From: Chlorokybus atmophyticus
Lineage: Eukaryota; Plantae; Mesostigma and Chlorokybus algae
Length of the DNA: 64,000 nt
Assembly (NCBI GenBank): GCA_009103225.1
Contig: RHPI01000260.1
Span: 258,203 to 322,202 of the forward strand
Direction of reading: 5' to 3'
The notes below the pieces were generated by a model. That model was not told the DNA's origin. It made no database searches and saw nothing but the letters and a program-made list of their open reading frames with translations. Positions within the stretch are counted from its first letter, which is position 1. Each line of letters starts with the position of its first letter. Below are positions 34,764 through 48,946 of this stretch, one piece after another. Both the position numbers and the translations under genes were made by a program.

Positions 34764-35991
34764 GTGATGATGCTTCCGGAGTACTCCTCGTCCAAGGGTT
34801 TCCACACCTCGTTCAGGTCCGCGGCGAAGAAGCACCTGCGCGCTCACGCCTCCGGCGGCGGGACCAACCTCGCGCGCCTCGTTCGCCCCGCCATCGCATG
34901 CGCGGGAGGAGTGTACCTACTAGTGCTCGTGTACCTCATTGCAAGCGCCACACCGCACGTGCGTGTGCATGTACACAAGCTCGCTTAAGTATTCATGCGC
35001 CTGCACTCGCACACGCACGCACACGCACGCACACGCAATCGAGCGCGCACGCATGCACTCACATGCACACGCACGCCAGTGCGCTCGTGCGCGTGCACAC
35101 ATGTTGATGATGTCGGGCTGCTGTCGTCGTATTGACTTGACTATTGATGATTTCTTTATCGTAGGATTCGAGTGAGAAGACCCGAGGGCTGTATGAGGTT
35201 GGTGACGGGGGTGGGGGCGGCGGGGACCACATCGCGCAAGCGATGGCGCGATTGCACGAACGCAGGTGGGTAAACAGAACCATGTTTCATGAAACTTTGT
35301 ACTTTGGTTTTACAGTAACATGGCATCGTGAGCGTGTTTCATGGACGGTGTGCGCATGCATGTGTGTTGTGGGCCAGCAAGGGGGTTTGGGCCCACCCCT
35401 TGCTGATTGTCTTGGTGGCTTGCCTACCTGCCTGCCGTGCCTCACCCACATGACGGTGTGAGAACTGTGTGTACAAAAGAGGGTATGCTGCAATGTTTGT
35501 ATGTGCGTGTGCGTGTACCACACACTGCGTATGTGCGTGCGCAAGTGTGAGCATGGGTGGTTGAAGCACCGCATCCTTTCTGAGTGTTGTGTTTGTGTTG
35601 TGTACCTTGCATACTTACAGCTTTATGCATGCAGAGCTCAGGCTGCCACTGTCAACAGCGATGGCGTTGTTGACGTGACACAAGGAGACAAAGCACAACC
35701 AACAGATACCACTGCGACGCAAGCAAACGAGGCATTGCATAGCAAAGAACTTGAAGCCCGATGCAAGCATAAGGTTAGGGAAACCACGCCATGTTCACAT
35801 GAAGTCTTCGTGTTACAGCAACGTTGCACAGATTCGATCTCTCATCAACCCAACACACGTTTGTCAACATGCAGGTCATGAGTGCAAGAAGAACGGCCCG
35901 AGCCACCTCTTCAGGCTCAGAGCTCACGCCCGCGGAGACCAAAGCCGTCGCGGACTGCGTGGCAACATTGTCTCACACCCACACGTTATAA
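34764..35991 (+). CDS. Uncharacterised small type II membrane protein, 4 exons (about 34764-34958, 35165-35265, 35635-35772, 35876-35991)
   Basis: Phase-compatible GT-AG exons give MMLPEYSSSKG...AIACAGGVYLLVLVYLIASATPH|DSSEK...ERR|AQAATVNSDG...CKHK|VMSARR...HTL*. One hydrophobic helix follows a basic N-tail. Confidence 0.55.
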
Positions 35992-36011
35992 CAGTGTTTT
36001 GCATACTTCTG

Positions 36012-38391
36012 TCACGCGGGTGCTGGGATGTCTGCGTGTGGCGGTGTCGCGGCAACGTGGGGTGCGAGGTCGATGAGGTCGGCGGATTTGGCGGCGAGGT
36101 CGGCGATGGCGACGCGGCCGCGGGCGCGCACGTACTGAGCCACGCGCTCCATCTCCTCGAGGCTGATGTAGATGAACTTGCCGCGATCGTCGATCACACC
36201 CGTCAACCGCCCTGTTACAACGAACGTTTCTACTAGCTAGTCACGCCAACCACGCTTGCTTGCTGTGGAATATGTTGGCTGTGACAATGACAATGTCAAA
36301 CATCAAGCAAAGCGTTCCAAGCACTCACCTGTTTGCTCTAGCGCTTGCACTCTGCTTATGACGTCCTGGGATTGATGGGGGACACGCACGCCGTGAGTGA
36401 GAGACGCAGACGCAAGACTTACGGTTGTGTGTGCATGCGCATGTGTATGCAAATCCCAGTGCCTATGCTGAATTTCATGTGCGTGACATCACCTGCGTGC
36501 GTAGACCGAACTCGGCTGCAAGTTCTTCCAGCACAACCAGCTTTTGCCGCTGCACGCACACACGTACACACTAGTCTGAGTCTAGCAATATGGCATGCGT
36601 GTCACAGCCGCAAGGTCATATGAGAGCAGATGTGTATCACCGGAGCAAGATGTGCGTGTGCATGTGTGCGTGCGTACGCGCGCGTACATGTGTGTGTGCT
36701 CGTGCATACAAGCAAGTCTGTACCTTGATGTAGTCGATGAATTCCTGCAGCAGCCCCTGGCTCTCCTCCGCCACATCGCGCTCCACGGACCCCTCCCCCT
36801 CGACACTGTAAAATGAAGGTCTTATGTCCTGATCACACACCACGCACGCACGCGCACGCGCACGCACAAAACGCGATAGCACCCAACCACGAATGACAAC
36901 ACACACTCTGCCCACCTCATCGCGGATTTCCACTTCTCAAACTCCTCGGCCTCCTCGGCCTCCTTCTCCTTGCGCAGCCTCTCAAGCTCTGCCTCCTGCA
37001 TGACGACGACGACGACGACGATGATGTTGGCAATGTGACCAAGGTTGGAACCACACAAAACACAACTGCATACTTACAATCTGTCGCTCTTGCTCGTCGC
37101 GCTCCTCGTCTTTCCTGCGCTGCGCGGCGTCGCGGGCGGCGCGCTTCTCGCTCTTCGCCTCGTCCATCGCCACTTGGTACTGGGTTGATGTTGACGGGGG
37201 GGGGGGGGGGGNNNNNNNNNNNNNNNNNNNNNNNNNNNNNNNNNNNNNNNNNNGGGGGGGGGGGGGGGGGGGGGGGGGGAATGCCCACATGATGACGACG
37301 AGTCAGTAGCGCTGCACACACGCGCAAGCATGCGCCCACCAGCGCGCGTGCGCTGACACGAACACACACGCACACAAACTCACGCGCTTGGCTTCCTCCT
37401 TTCCCTGCTTCCTCGCTGCCTTCTTGGACACCTTTCCAGTCTCCCCGTCAACCTCCCCCCCCTTCTCCCTCTCCCCTTCTCCATACTCATCCTCATCATC
37501 CCGCTCACGCTCGCACTCGTCCGCAACTCCTCCAGCTGCGGCCTCCTCCTGTTGGCGTGTGGTAGTGACAGACTTGGACGCAGTTTGCGAGCGCGACGAT
37601 GCTGCGCGCATGCGGCTCGTGCCGCCCTTTCTGCTGCTTTTCAATATAGAGGTAGATGGCTTGGATGGAGGCTCAACCACCGCCTGATGGTAAACGACGG
37701 TGGCTATGATGTTGGTGTACTGGTGATGATGACAGCGATGTTGGGCTTTGCTACGGGTGCACAGCACAGGGAACGCTTGAAGGTGTGCGCGTGAGCGTAT
37801 GTGTGCGTGCACTTGTGCTCATGTAAGCGAATGGCTGGGTTGTAGCATCATAGCAATAGTGTATCACCCACTGTGCATGCCCTTGTCGTGTGCTATTGAT
37901 GCAAACACAACACGCTGCTCTCTTTTCCTTCTTTCCTCTTCTTCTTCTAGATCACTCATATCAGTGGGTGCGTTGTTGGTGTATGTAGTTCAGATGGAAG
38001 CGCAATGCGTAGGGACAGTAAACTTCTTGGACAGAATAAGCTAGGCTAAATTCAACATGAATAACAATTGATCAGATGACAACAGGTCAGGAGTACGAAT
38101 GAACCACCTTTGTACAAGCACAGCGGTTGCTTGTAGTTAAGTAAGTTACTTAGTGCTTCTTGAAACCATCACATATAACTTGACATAAATAGCAGCAGTA
38201 GTATTGTTCACCAGCATCAACAACACCTGCTGCTTCTCCTTCACCACTTCCGTAGCCTGCTTGCCGCCACTCCGCAGCAGGAACGCCGCCACCGCCGCCG
38301 CCAGCAGCACCAGCACGGCCGTCACGGCGGCGACCACCACCCCGCCGACCCCCATCATGCCGCCGCCGTCGCCAACGCCGCCGTCATCCAT
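36012..38391 (-). CDS. DDRGK1: DDRGK domain-containing protein 1 (UFBP1, UFMylation adaptor)
   Basis: N-terminal [24 protein letters not shown], a charged coiled region, [58 protein letters not shown]. Confidence 0.95.
37196..37279. repeat. Poly-G tract with internal assembly gap (N 37212-37253)
   Basis: Seen directly, inside a DDRGK1 intron. Confidence 0.9.
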
Positions 38392-39045
38392 GGCATGGAC
38401 AACGTCACCGTCACCACCATCAAGGACAGTGACCTCCTGCAGGTGGCGGCGGCGGCGGCGGCGGTCATGCGTGAGGTGGCCGCTATCGCCGCCGCCGTCG
38501 CTGTGGGCGCGCCTGCCTGCTGCTGGCGGAAGGCGCTCAGGTGTGGTGTTGTTGGCAGGAGAAGCCTGAAGAAGGCTGCTGTGCGGATGGAGGGCTCTAG
38601 CGGCGAAGGCAAGGTGAGAGGGTGGTTGGTGTGCTGATGGTGTTGATGTTGATGATGATGATGATGCTGTAATCGTGCATGTGTCTTGCTGCAGTATGAG
38701 CGCGGTAGTGTCTCTGTGACATGCAAAAGTGTTTGTCGGCGTGCAAGTGTACAGCTGCAGTAGTATGCAATGTGTCTCACACACGCGCGCGCACGCACAC
38801 ACACACACATAGCGCACACTGCGAGCGTACATGTGCGTGCATGCATGCATATACAATTGTTGCTTGCATTGTTGCATGCAGGCCTGTACGTGGACTGTGC
38901 ATGCGCATCTATCAGTATGTGTTCTACACTGCTGTCCCGCACAACCACGTGCAGACCTGCAAACATACGCTCCACACGCATACCACCTGACGCAGGACGT
39001 GCATAACCATCTGTAGCTGACTGCCATGTTTGCTCCGATACACGC

Positions 39046-40607
<1,562 letters not shown>

Positions 40608-42740
40608 TGAGTGAGTGTTGTGCAGGGTGTTGGTGCGTGTATGTGTGTCTGGGTGCAGCTGTGTATGTCGGTGTGCGCTGTTGTTTGGTTGAGTGGAGAT
40701 GCAGGGGTGAGTGTGTCTGCTGCAGCTGATGTGCCTGTATCAGTAACCAATGGTGACCATCTCCCCACCCGCACACACATTTCTTCTGCTTGCCCTCCAC
40801 ATTACAGCCAAGGCAGGTTGAACAGAAGGGTATTCTGCATGCCTGCTCTAGCTTCGTTCGCACCAGATGATGCTGTGCTGGTTTCACCTTCAACGCACAG
40901 GACATTTGCAACTGCAAGGCAAGGTAAGGGTTCATACAATTATGTGCGAGCGGATGCTTCGGCATGGTGCATCTGCATGTCCGCAAGGCGGACTTGAATA
41001 CAATATGTGCAATCTGTCACTGCTGTGAATTGATATCCACGTCGTATGCTGTGGTCAATACTGCACGGTCTTCAAATGCAAATGCAAGTGTCCTGCACGA
41101 CGCACGATTCAGTTTTTAAGCAAACATAGTCGCCAACTAGACACACACTACACACGTCACGCATGTCACAACTTTGTCTGTTTCGAATGTATTATACACT
41201 ATGCCACGTGGGCTGCTGAAGTTCGTTCATGCATCCAGAGCACCACGAACATGCCGGTAACAGCTGCCCTGCGTGTCCATCGCGACACTATGCATGCAGA
41301 GAACAATGTTCATAAAAACAGAACGGAAAGAACGTCCAAAATCCAACATAGGGCACATAGTTTGGGAAAATGGCATGCACGATCCGCATGACACCGCCCA
41401 GACAAGTAGTGCTTCCGCAAGCCGATATGTCCCCTTGCAATTGTGTTCAGGTACCTCAAACTCAATGGGTGGTTGTTGTGGCCCTACGCATGTGGTTTGT
41501 TTTTGATAGTCGTGTAGTGAGTTACGGGGCTTCTTGTGCTTTTGGTTATGTATTCGTGTTTGTGAGAGGTATCTACGTACCCGATCGACAAAAGCAACTG
41601 AGCTGTGCAGTGTTGAATATATATCGCGAGTTTTGCTTGCTGCTTGGAGCGGGGAGAGAGGGCGGAGCCAAAGTCGGTGTCCGTGTGGTGGGGTAAGGTA
41701 CGTTTTTGATTGTTACTTCCCTGCTGCTGAGCTGAGAGAGAGAGAGAGCAACCCCGCCGCCGCCGCCGCCGCCGCCGCCCCTGCCTGCTCTTGAGCGAGA
41801 GACTGACCTGCCACAGGTCAGCCTGACCCTTGCCTTCTTTGGGGGAGTTTGTGTGCACACCCGCATTCGTGTACAAGAAGCGGAGTACATCACATGCCAT
41901 ACGCCACGATACACATAGCCGCCAGGTTACAGCACAGTAAAAAAAACAAACGGGCACAAACGGCCAGGCTATGTGCAAGCGCAACACTACCAACCTACGA
42001 CACTCTGTGCGTGTGCACGCTTGTGTATCTCTGTCCAGGCGTGCGAGTGTGCGTGCGTGCGTCTTCAACTGTTGACTCAATGCATGCACCTCTTGTGGCT
42101 TGGATTGCATTCGCCTCCCTCCTTTGTTGTCGTCACGCGCATATGTCAATGCCATACACGTTGTCAAAAACCCACACTCGTGTCAGCGCACTACATTATA
42201 GAAAGCGAGTTGGTTGATCTGACCGAGTCCGCACGGTTTTGTTTAACACCAGATCCATCTCAATGCATCGGTTGGTTTGCTGCCAACTGCACCGTGTGCG
42301 ACGATTGTTTTGGCGCGGTTCCAATTTTGCAACTTAAGCCTTGACATTAATAGGCTGACAAAAGGCCAGCTGTGATGAGGCAAGCCATATATCTGCCGTG
42401 AGAGCTGCTGCCAGGTGGGTGACATCAGGTGGCAGTGTGGCACATGCATTAATACTCCAGTTGCTGCTTGCACTCGCGCATATTTCTGCGGCACTTGTAT
42501 TCATGATAATATTGAAAGTCACACTGGTGCATAACAGCTCATTGGTAACCAAACAGCACTTGCACGCAACAAGGATAAAACTCATTCCAACTGCGTGGCA
42601 CCGTGCGCGTAACAGTGCTTTGCATACACACTATCACGCACCAACCGAGCCTCATCATCACTGTTGCACCAGGGGCGGCAACCAATCCTCCCACCTCCAA
42701 CCCAACACTGCCCAGACCCAACAAACACTCCCCAGCACAC

Positions 42741-43234
42741 ATGACAGTAGCCCCGTCCCCACCTTCAGGCGACTGCGCATGCGCGCACTGCGGTGCATTG
42801 CAGCCCCTCACCCATTCACAAAGGTACAATCTATCATCATACAAGCCAAAAAAAAACAAACAAATAATCATCCACCAAATCCCAGGTACCCCGACGACAT
42901 CTTCTTCATGGGCGGCGGCAACAGCGACGGGTCCCTCAACTTCCACAGCGTAGACGAGTCCGCCTTCATCATTGACACTTACTCCCAGTGGGGTCCTCAC
43001 TTTGAATCAGTCAACGCGTGGGGTATACACCGCACCCGCACGCGTCTGTCGTGCCGGGGTTGCGGGGCCAAGCTCGGGTATATACTTCATGATGGACCAC
43101 CCTGAGAAGGGTATCACAGTCACTGGGGGCCGAGTCAGGTGATACCCAGGGGGAAGAGGTACCGGTTTAAGCGCAAGCACCTGGTGATGGTGGGGGATCG
43201 CGGGGAACCTCCTGCTCCTGCTCCTGCTCAATGA
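42741..43234 (+). pseudogene. At2g17705-like zinc-binding protein, copy 2, with in-frame TGA at 43103-43105 (intron 42824-42885)
   Basis: MTVAPSPPSGDCACAHCGA..R|YPDDIFF..GSLNF..DES..FESVNAWGIHRTRTRLSCRGCGAKLGYILHDGPP*EGYHSHWGPSQVIPRGKRYRFKRKHL. The conserved GPSQVIPR..RYRFK lies downstream of the stop, in frame. Confidence 0.8.
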
Positions 43235-43702
43235 GTGAGTGGAGACGACTTGTGTGTGCAGTGTTGTAAGTGGAGTAGTGTACAGGTTGGGTGTCGAAAG
43301 TTGGTAGCGTGAAGGTAACAGGGAGGTTTGGCGTATCCGGCTTCAAATGAAGTAGTTGGGTTAGCATTGCTTTGAAGGAAGATGAATTTGTTAGTATTGA
43401 GAGTCTAGAGTGTCAGCGCTGGCAAGGACCCCTGACCCCGAGATTGGTTGTCATATTGCTGTTGTGTTTGGTGTTGGGCGTGAGCACACTTTTGTATTCT
43501 TGAGCTTACGAACAGAGTCATGGTCTTTGGTGGATTCGGCTCACTAGATGATGCTGTGCTGGGTCTCTTTTAAAGCACAGGCCAAAGAATGCAAGGCAAA
43601 GTGTGCTTTCATGATTGCGGGCCAGATGTGCAAGACAGGGTTGTTGCCACTCGTGCAACCATCCCGACCTGCGTGACTGTGCCGCACGGTTGGCAACCAG
43701 TA

Positions 43703-43705
<3 letters not shown>

Positions 43706-43762
<57 letters not shown>

Positions 43763-43763
43763 N

Positions 43764-43840
<77 letters not shown>
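43706..43840. repeat. (TC)n microsatellite with an internal N
   Basis: Seen directly. Confidence 0.95.
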
Positions 43841-43844
<4 letters not shown>

Positions 43845-44126
43845 GGTCCCAGTGTCAAAGCCATAACGCTAACAACAACTCAAATTCCAAACAATCACAA
43901 CACGAAGACACATCACAATGCAACTATGCACGCTAGCGCGCATCAGCTGCGTAGGCCTCACGCCAAGAGCACTACCACGTCAGACAGGGGCGTCATAGGA
44001 GCAGGTCGTGGTGGCGGCCAACCCGGAGCTGCACACACGGCCACCGTAACCACATTGCATGTCAGTGTCCTTCAGAACACTCGCAGGCACTCCATTTACT
44101 AAAAACTCAGCTAACTGCAAGACTTG

Positions 44127-44276
44127 CCATACGGGTTGCGGTTTGCATGCACGATTTGCATGACACTGCACAAACAAGTACTGCTTTGCAAGCTGATATG
44201 TCCATACGGGTTGCAGTTGGCATGCACGATTTGCATGACACTGCACAAACAAGTACTGCTGTGCAAGCTGATGTGT
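44127..44276. repeat. 75-bp tandem repeat (2 copies) downstream of TPST
   Basis: ccatacgggttgc...catgcacgatttgcatgacactgcacaaacaagtactgct..gcaagctgat begins at 44127 and at 44202. Confidence 0.9.
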
Positions 44277-44378
44277 CCCCTGCAAGCTTATTGTGTCAAC
44301 CACGCACTACGAACAGTATTCATGTACACAAAATTGGCCGCCCAACCTGGCAATGCGGCCCCTACAATCTCTGTCTTG

Positions 44379-47035
44379 TCAGCTGGGATCCACCTTCACA
44401 GACGCATCTTTGTAAGACGTGTAGTTGTATTGATCATCCTTGTACAGGTCAACTACCGCCGTGTAGTTGTAAATAGTGTGCGCGTCATCCGCCTCAGGAA
44501 CAATCATGTCGGCGTTGTCAACACGTTGAATGTCAACCATGTCATCCAACCTCTTCTGCAGCAAAGCCCACGTGTTGGCACAATGGAACACCGGGTAAAC
44601 GTCCCGTTGTGTTTGTTATCATTACCTGATGTGTTAGCTCATCAAACAGGACCTGCCCTTTGGAGCGCTGCTCTTCACGTGCGTGCCTGGTTTCGTCAAA
44701 AAGCTTCATGTGCTCGCGCACAGACTCACCAGCTGGCAACTCTTCCAGCCCGTTTGCAATAGCCAAGTCCTGATGTCCAAACAGCACGCTGGTTCAGCTG
44801 TTGAACGATGAGTGCATATGACCCAAGGGCAATCCACAAACGCTTCAGATGCACAATGTATGCTTGCCGAGTGCAATCGACACATTGCCATTTGCTGCCT
44901 TACCAAGCGTTGTTGAAACAGCTCTGTGGCGAACTGGTGCAGTTCCAAGTCCAGAGCGCTGTGCTCCTTGATGTAGTCTATGATGTCTGGAGGGATAGAC
45001 TTGCGTGCCTGCAACAAGCTGCGGTCAAGGTCGAGTGATATACAGCTACGCCGGCAAGCTCACCTTTCAAACCAAGACTGGAAGTGCCAACGTCACACAT
45101 GAAACAGCACCACCGGACAGCTAGTGCCATGAACTTCAGCTAACCTCTTTTGAGAACGTGACATTCTGAGAGCGACCCCTAGCCAGGCTGACAAGACTTT
45201 CCCTGGGCGATCGCAGCTTGTTCATCTCTGTGCAAATGACGTATTCTAGGCCAAGGGTTCGATCTGTAACCTGCTTGCCAAGCAACATCAGCGCTGTCAA
45301 TGCTTCGGTGTGCACATAGTACACAACCAATACAACCAGCCAAGCACAACCACCAACACCACGAATCGAACATGATTACAGCATGTGGAGAGCCTACAAC
45401 GACCAATGCAGGTGTAGACCGTTGAAAACAACAAACGAGACAACATACCCTGGAAACTGCGGGAAAGACGGGCTTCTGAAATGCTCTGGACATGGTCTGA
45501 CTTGCCGCCTGCATATCCAATAAGTAAACACATGGAGACACCGTGTTGGCACAGCAACAGGGCTACTGCAACGCAGCACAGCAATACACGTAAGCTTAGC
45601 ATACCCACACGCACAACAGGAGCAGAAAGCTGCCACCCAAGCGTGTGTGCCAGAAGCCTTGCTGAGTTGGCGTGTTGTTCCGTCACGCCGACATACGTGA
45701 ACGACATAAGACGCTTCTTGGCTGCTGCCACCAGCTTTGCCCGCGTGCTCATGGATGCAAGTGGGACGCACTGGCGCAGCTCCGTCGCATCCGGATGCCA
45801 GGAGTTGTTTGTCAAGCCGAGCATTGACAACATGTTGCCATTGTGCAGAAGATCGTGTGCCATGGGATGTCGGACAAAGTCTTTCAGTGGCATTATGTCA
45901 GCATTGTCATAGGGGTTGACCGGCACCCTTTGCGACTCGCCGCGATAAAGAGCGCGGTCCACCTTGGCTCGCCTCTCCATGTCTGTCTTCATCAAGGGCA
46001 CCAAGTATGACCACGGCCAGATGCTGAGCGTGTTCGTGGTCGGTGTGACGGTCGCATTAAACCTTGAAAGTCTGTTGAATTGATGCCTTGCCATGGGATC
46101 TCTTCGCATTCCCGTCTGCTCACAATTCAGGTCAACAACTCACGATGTTTGTTATGCTGTGAGGCAAGCACTAACAAGTAATCTGCGCACAAAGCCTCGC
46201 TTTAGTTTACAACTGACCGTAATGGCGAACTCGTAAGCAGAGATCATGCGAGCAACGGGATCTCTGATATGTGTAACGACTGCGACATGCGGGACCTTTG
46301 CAAACGCGAAATCATTGAGGGCAACTGGCAAAAGTGAGTAGTCGTCATGGGAGGTTAGCAGCGTGCACGGCTTTGCGCCTCGCAGACGGAACCGGTGGTA
46401 TGCCACTGGACACGCCTTCTCAGTAGGCACAGCTGGCACCATCAAACAACGATGGAGGGCTCGACCGCCCGTGCGTGGCACATGCAGAAAGAACGCCAGC
46501 TCCCAACTCTATCAGCGCAACATGCAAACAGCAATTAGCTCAGGTCCATGCAACAAGGATGAGCTGGCCCCAGCTGTGCATAGTCAGTGACAACACTGCT
46601 TGTACAGCGACAGCATGTTACGTAGCTGATGTGTGGATGGTACTCTTGCACACGAGCATATCACAGGCTGTAAAATGTGATGAGCTGAACTCGCTGCACC
46701 TCTTTGTTGTTGTTCAACTGGAACTCTTCGGCAGCGGAAGGTAGCTTGTCCAGCCATGCGAGTAGCTTCTGGTCGCAAGGAGACACTGCCTCCCTTTCCT
46801 CCTCCTCCGCCTCATTGTGTTCAGCCTGCTGGGGGTCGATGCTTGTGGCATCTTCTCCGGCCGACTGGACTTCAGAAAGTCCAGTCAGAGACGCGGGCGT
46901 CTCCGTCCAGAGTGGCAGCAGCAGCGCCACGAAGGCGAGGCAGCTGAGCCCCAGCACCAACGCCCCCGCGACCCATCCCCCCCTCCGCCCAAGCAGCAGC
47001 GGCCCCCGCCGCCGCCGCTCACCCGCCCTCCGCAT
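44379..47035 (-). CDS. TPST: Plant-type tyrosylprotein sulfotransferase
   Basis: FFLHVPRTGGR (5'-PSB loop), LLTSHDDYS, IRDPVARMISAYEF (3'-PB), TLSIWPWSYLVP, HDLLHNG..GLTNNS, YVGVTEQH, ALDLELH. All are characteristic of Arabidopsis TPST. Confidence 0.93.
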
Positions 47036-47302
47036 GCTACAGGTGCACTGTACCAATATGGCAATGCACACTCCTCCTGCCTTTGGCAACGCCTGAGCAA
47101 CAGCGTTGCTGTAAGACTAGTCGACTTCCTACAACACCCACTGATTGCTGCTATATCGACGCCATTTCAGAGTGGTAAGTTGCACCATTTGGAGTCCTAC
47201 ATGTGCTGTGTGTTGTGAGTCTAAAAGTTGAGGGATTAGGGTTTGGCTGTGGTGGCGGTAGTGGTGGTGGTCGTGGTGGAGGCGGAGGCGGAGGCGGCCA
47301 AC

Positions 47303-48171
47303 ATGTCGGGCAATACGGCCGCGTGGTTCCGCTATGCCATGGTGCGGGAGCCGGCTGTTATGTGGTCCTGCATCATCGGTGGCGCCGGTAAGTTGGGGAA
47401 TAGGAGAGGAGCTGGTAATGTTGTTCAACAACGGCAACGCAGTGCGCTGCTTCGCAGCGCACTGCGTTGCCGTTGTTGAAATTGATAAGCTGACGCACAC
47501 CAAGCACCAAGGCAGCACACATCTAGCCTGCGTAGTCTTGTTTGCCGACATCCGCACCTTGCTTGTTTGTTCGCCGGTGCGTAGATCTACAAGTTCAGCA
47601 CAATCCAGACAGCATGTCGACTAGACTGACCCGCTTTGCAACTAGGCGGTCCCGTCAGCACTAGCAGTTATGCCACCGTTGTGCATAGCATTTGGCAACA
47701 ATACCGTAATCCTAGCGGCTGCAGCAAATCACACTTGTGTTAGATGCAGCAGGACGACTGATCAGGCTTGCACAGCAATCTGAACAGCTGGCTTCATCCT
47801 GTTTGCCAAACACACTCCATTCATCAATAACACAATTATGTGGTTTGCTGTGTAGGCCTACTCCTTCCGCTTGTTGGCATGCCTATCAGGGACATGTTTT
47901 CAAGCACAAAGCCCATTGCCCCTCCAACCCCGACTAAGGTACGGATAGTTGGTGCATTGACAGGTTTCTTTCTCTTAGTCACATCCCATAAACCAGATGC
48001 CTGCTGGTCTGCCTGCTGCCGGTTGCATGTACAGTTTGCTGCTTTCATCCTCAACCCTAAAATATCAACGCGGGTTAGCTCTGTTTCAACATCAGTACAG
48101 CAGCATGTAATGTACACGTCAACAATGCGCAGGTTGCAGCTGCCATGACGCAGAAAGTTACTGGCTCATGA
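47303..48171 (+). CDS. NDUFA3: Mitochondrial complex I subunit B9 (NDUFA3/NI9M-like), exons 47303-47387, 47856-47938, 48133-48171
   Basis: MSGNTAAWFRYAMVREPAVMWSCIIGGAGLLLPLVGMPIRDMFSSTKPIAPPTPTKVAAAMTQKVTGS*. Single TM with a P-x-x-x-W-S-x-I-I-G pattern and a Pro-rich tail. Confidence 0.75.
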
Positions 48172-48946
48172 CGTCGACGTGAGGTTTAGCAATGTACTAT
48201 AGTATCAGGGCGAGATTCCGACTAGCATTATCTATCGAAACACTTGCAAGCTGTGTATGCGATCAGCCTAGCGGGTTGTGACCATTGCCAACATTGGCGC
48301 AATGTGCTTGCCATGTAAGCGGTATGGCATGGTTGGAGACATTGCATGACGTGCGCATGGATGCATATTTTATATTCATTTCCCTGTTTCAAGAAGATCA
48401 AGTCCCTTTTGTGAGTATGGAGTAGTGTAGGCCAACCTGCACATGGAGCCTGCAGGTAATTGAAACGTGTGCATCAATGCAGCGTTGCAATGCAGGGGGC
48501 TATTTATCAATGATCTGCGAGCTGCAGCAAGGTGCTGTCCGGTATATGTTCATAAGCCCAAGATACGATCAGTAGTCGTTGTGACTGACTGACAGTCTCT
48601 TCTGCAGCAATTGTAGCTCACAGCATGTCAAGCTCCAGTCCACAAGCAACCGCAACAGATTGCATTCATTCTGTTGCCGCAGATTGAAGGCATGCAATAA
48701 ATATTGTGGCAAAGCTGCATATTCGTAGGCCATTGGTGGGTAAATGTCAGCAGGTCACCAGAGTGGTCATTTTGCTGCTTATGAATCTCATTGGCGATAC
48801 ATCATATGCTTCTTCACCTACAACTAATGGTATGCTTACCAAACATCAAAACACCAACAATCATCCAACCAATATCTGACCCTACCAAAACCATAGCATT
48901 CTAGTATACAAAATCGTTTGAGCTAGCAGCATGACGCGTAAGTAAC

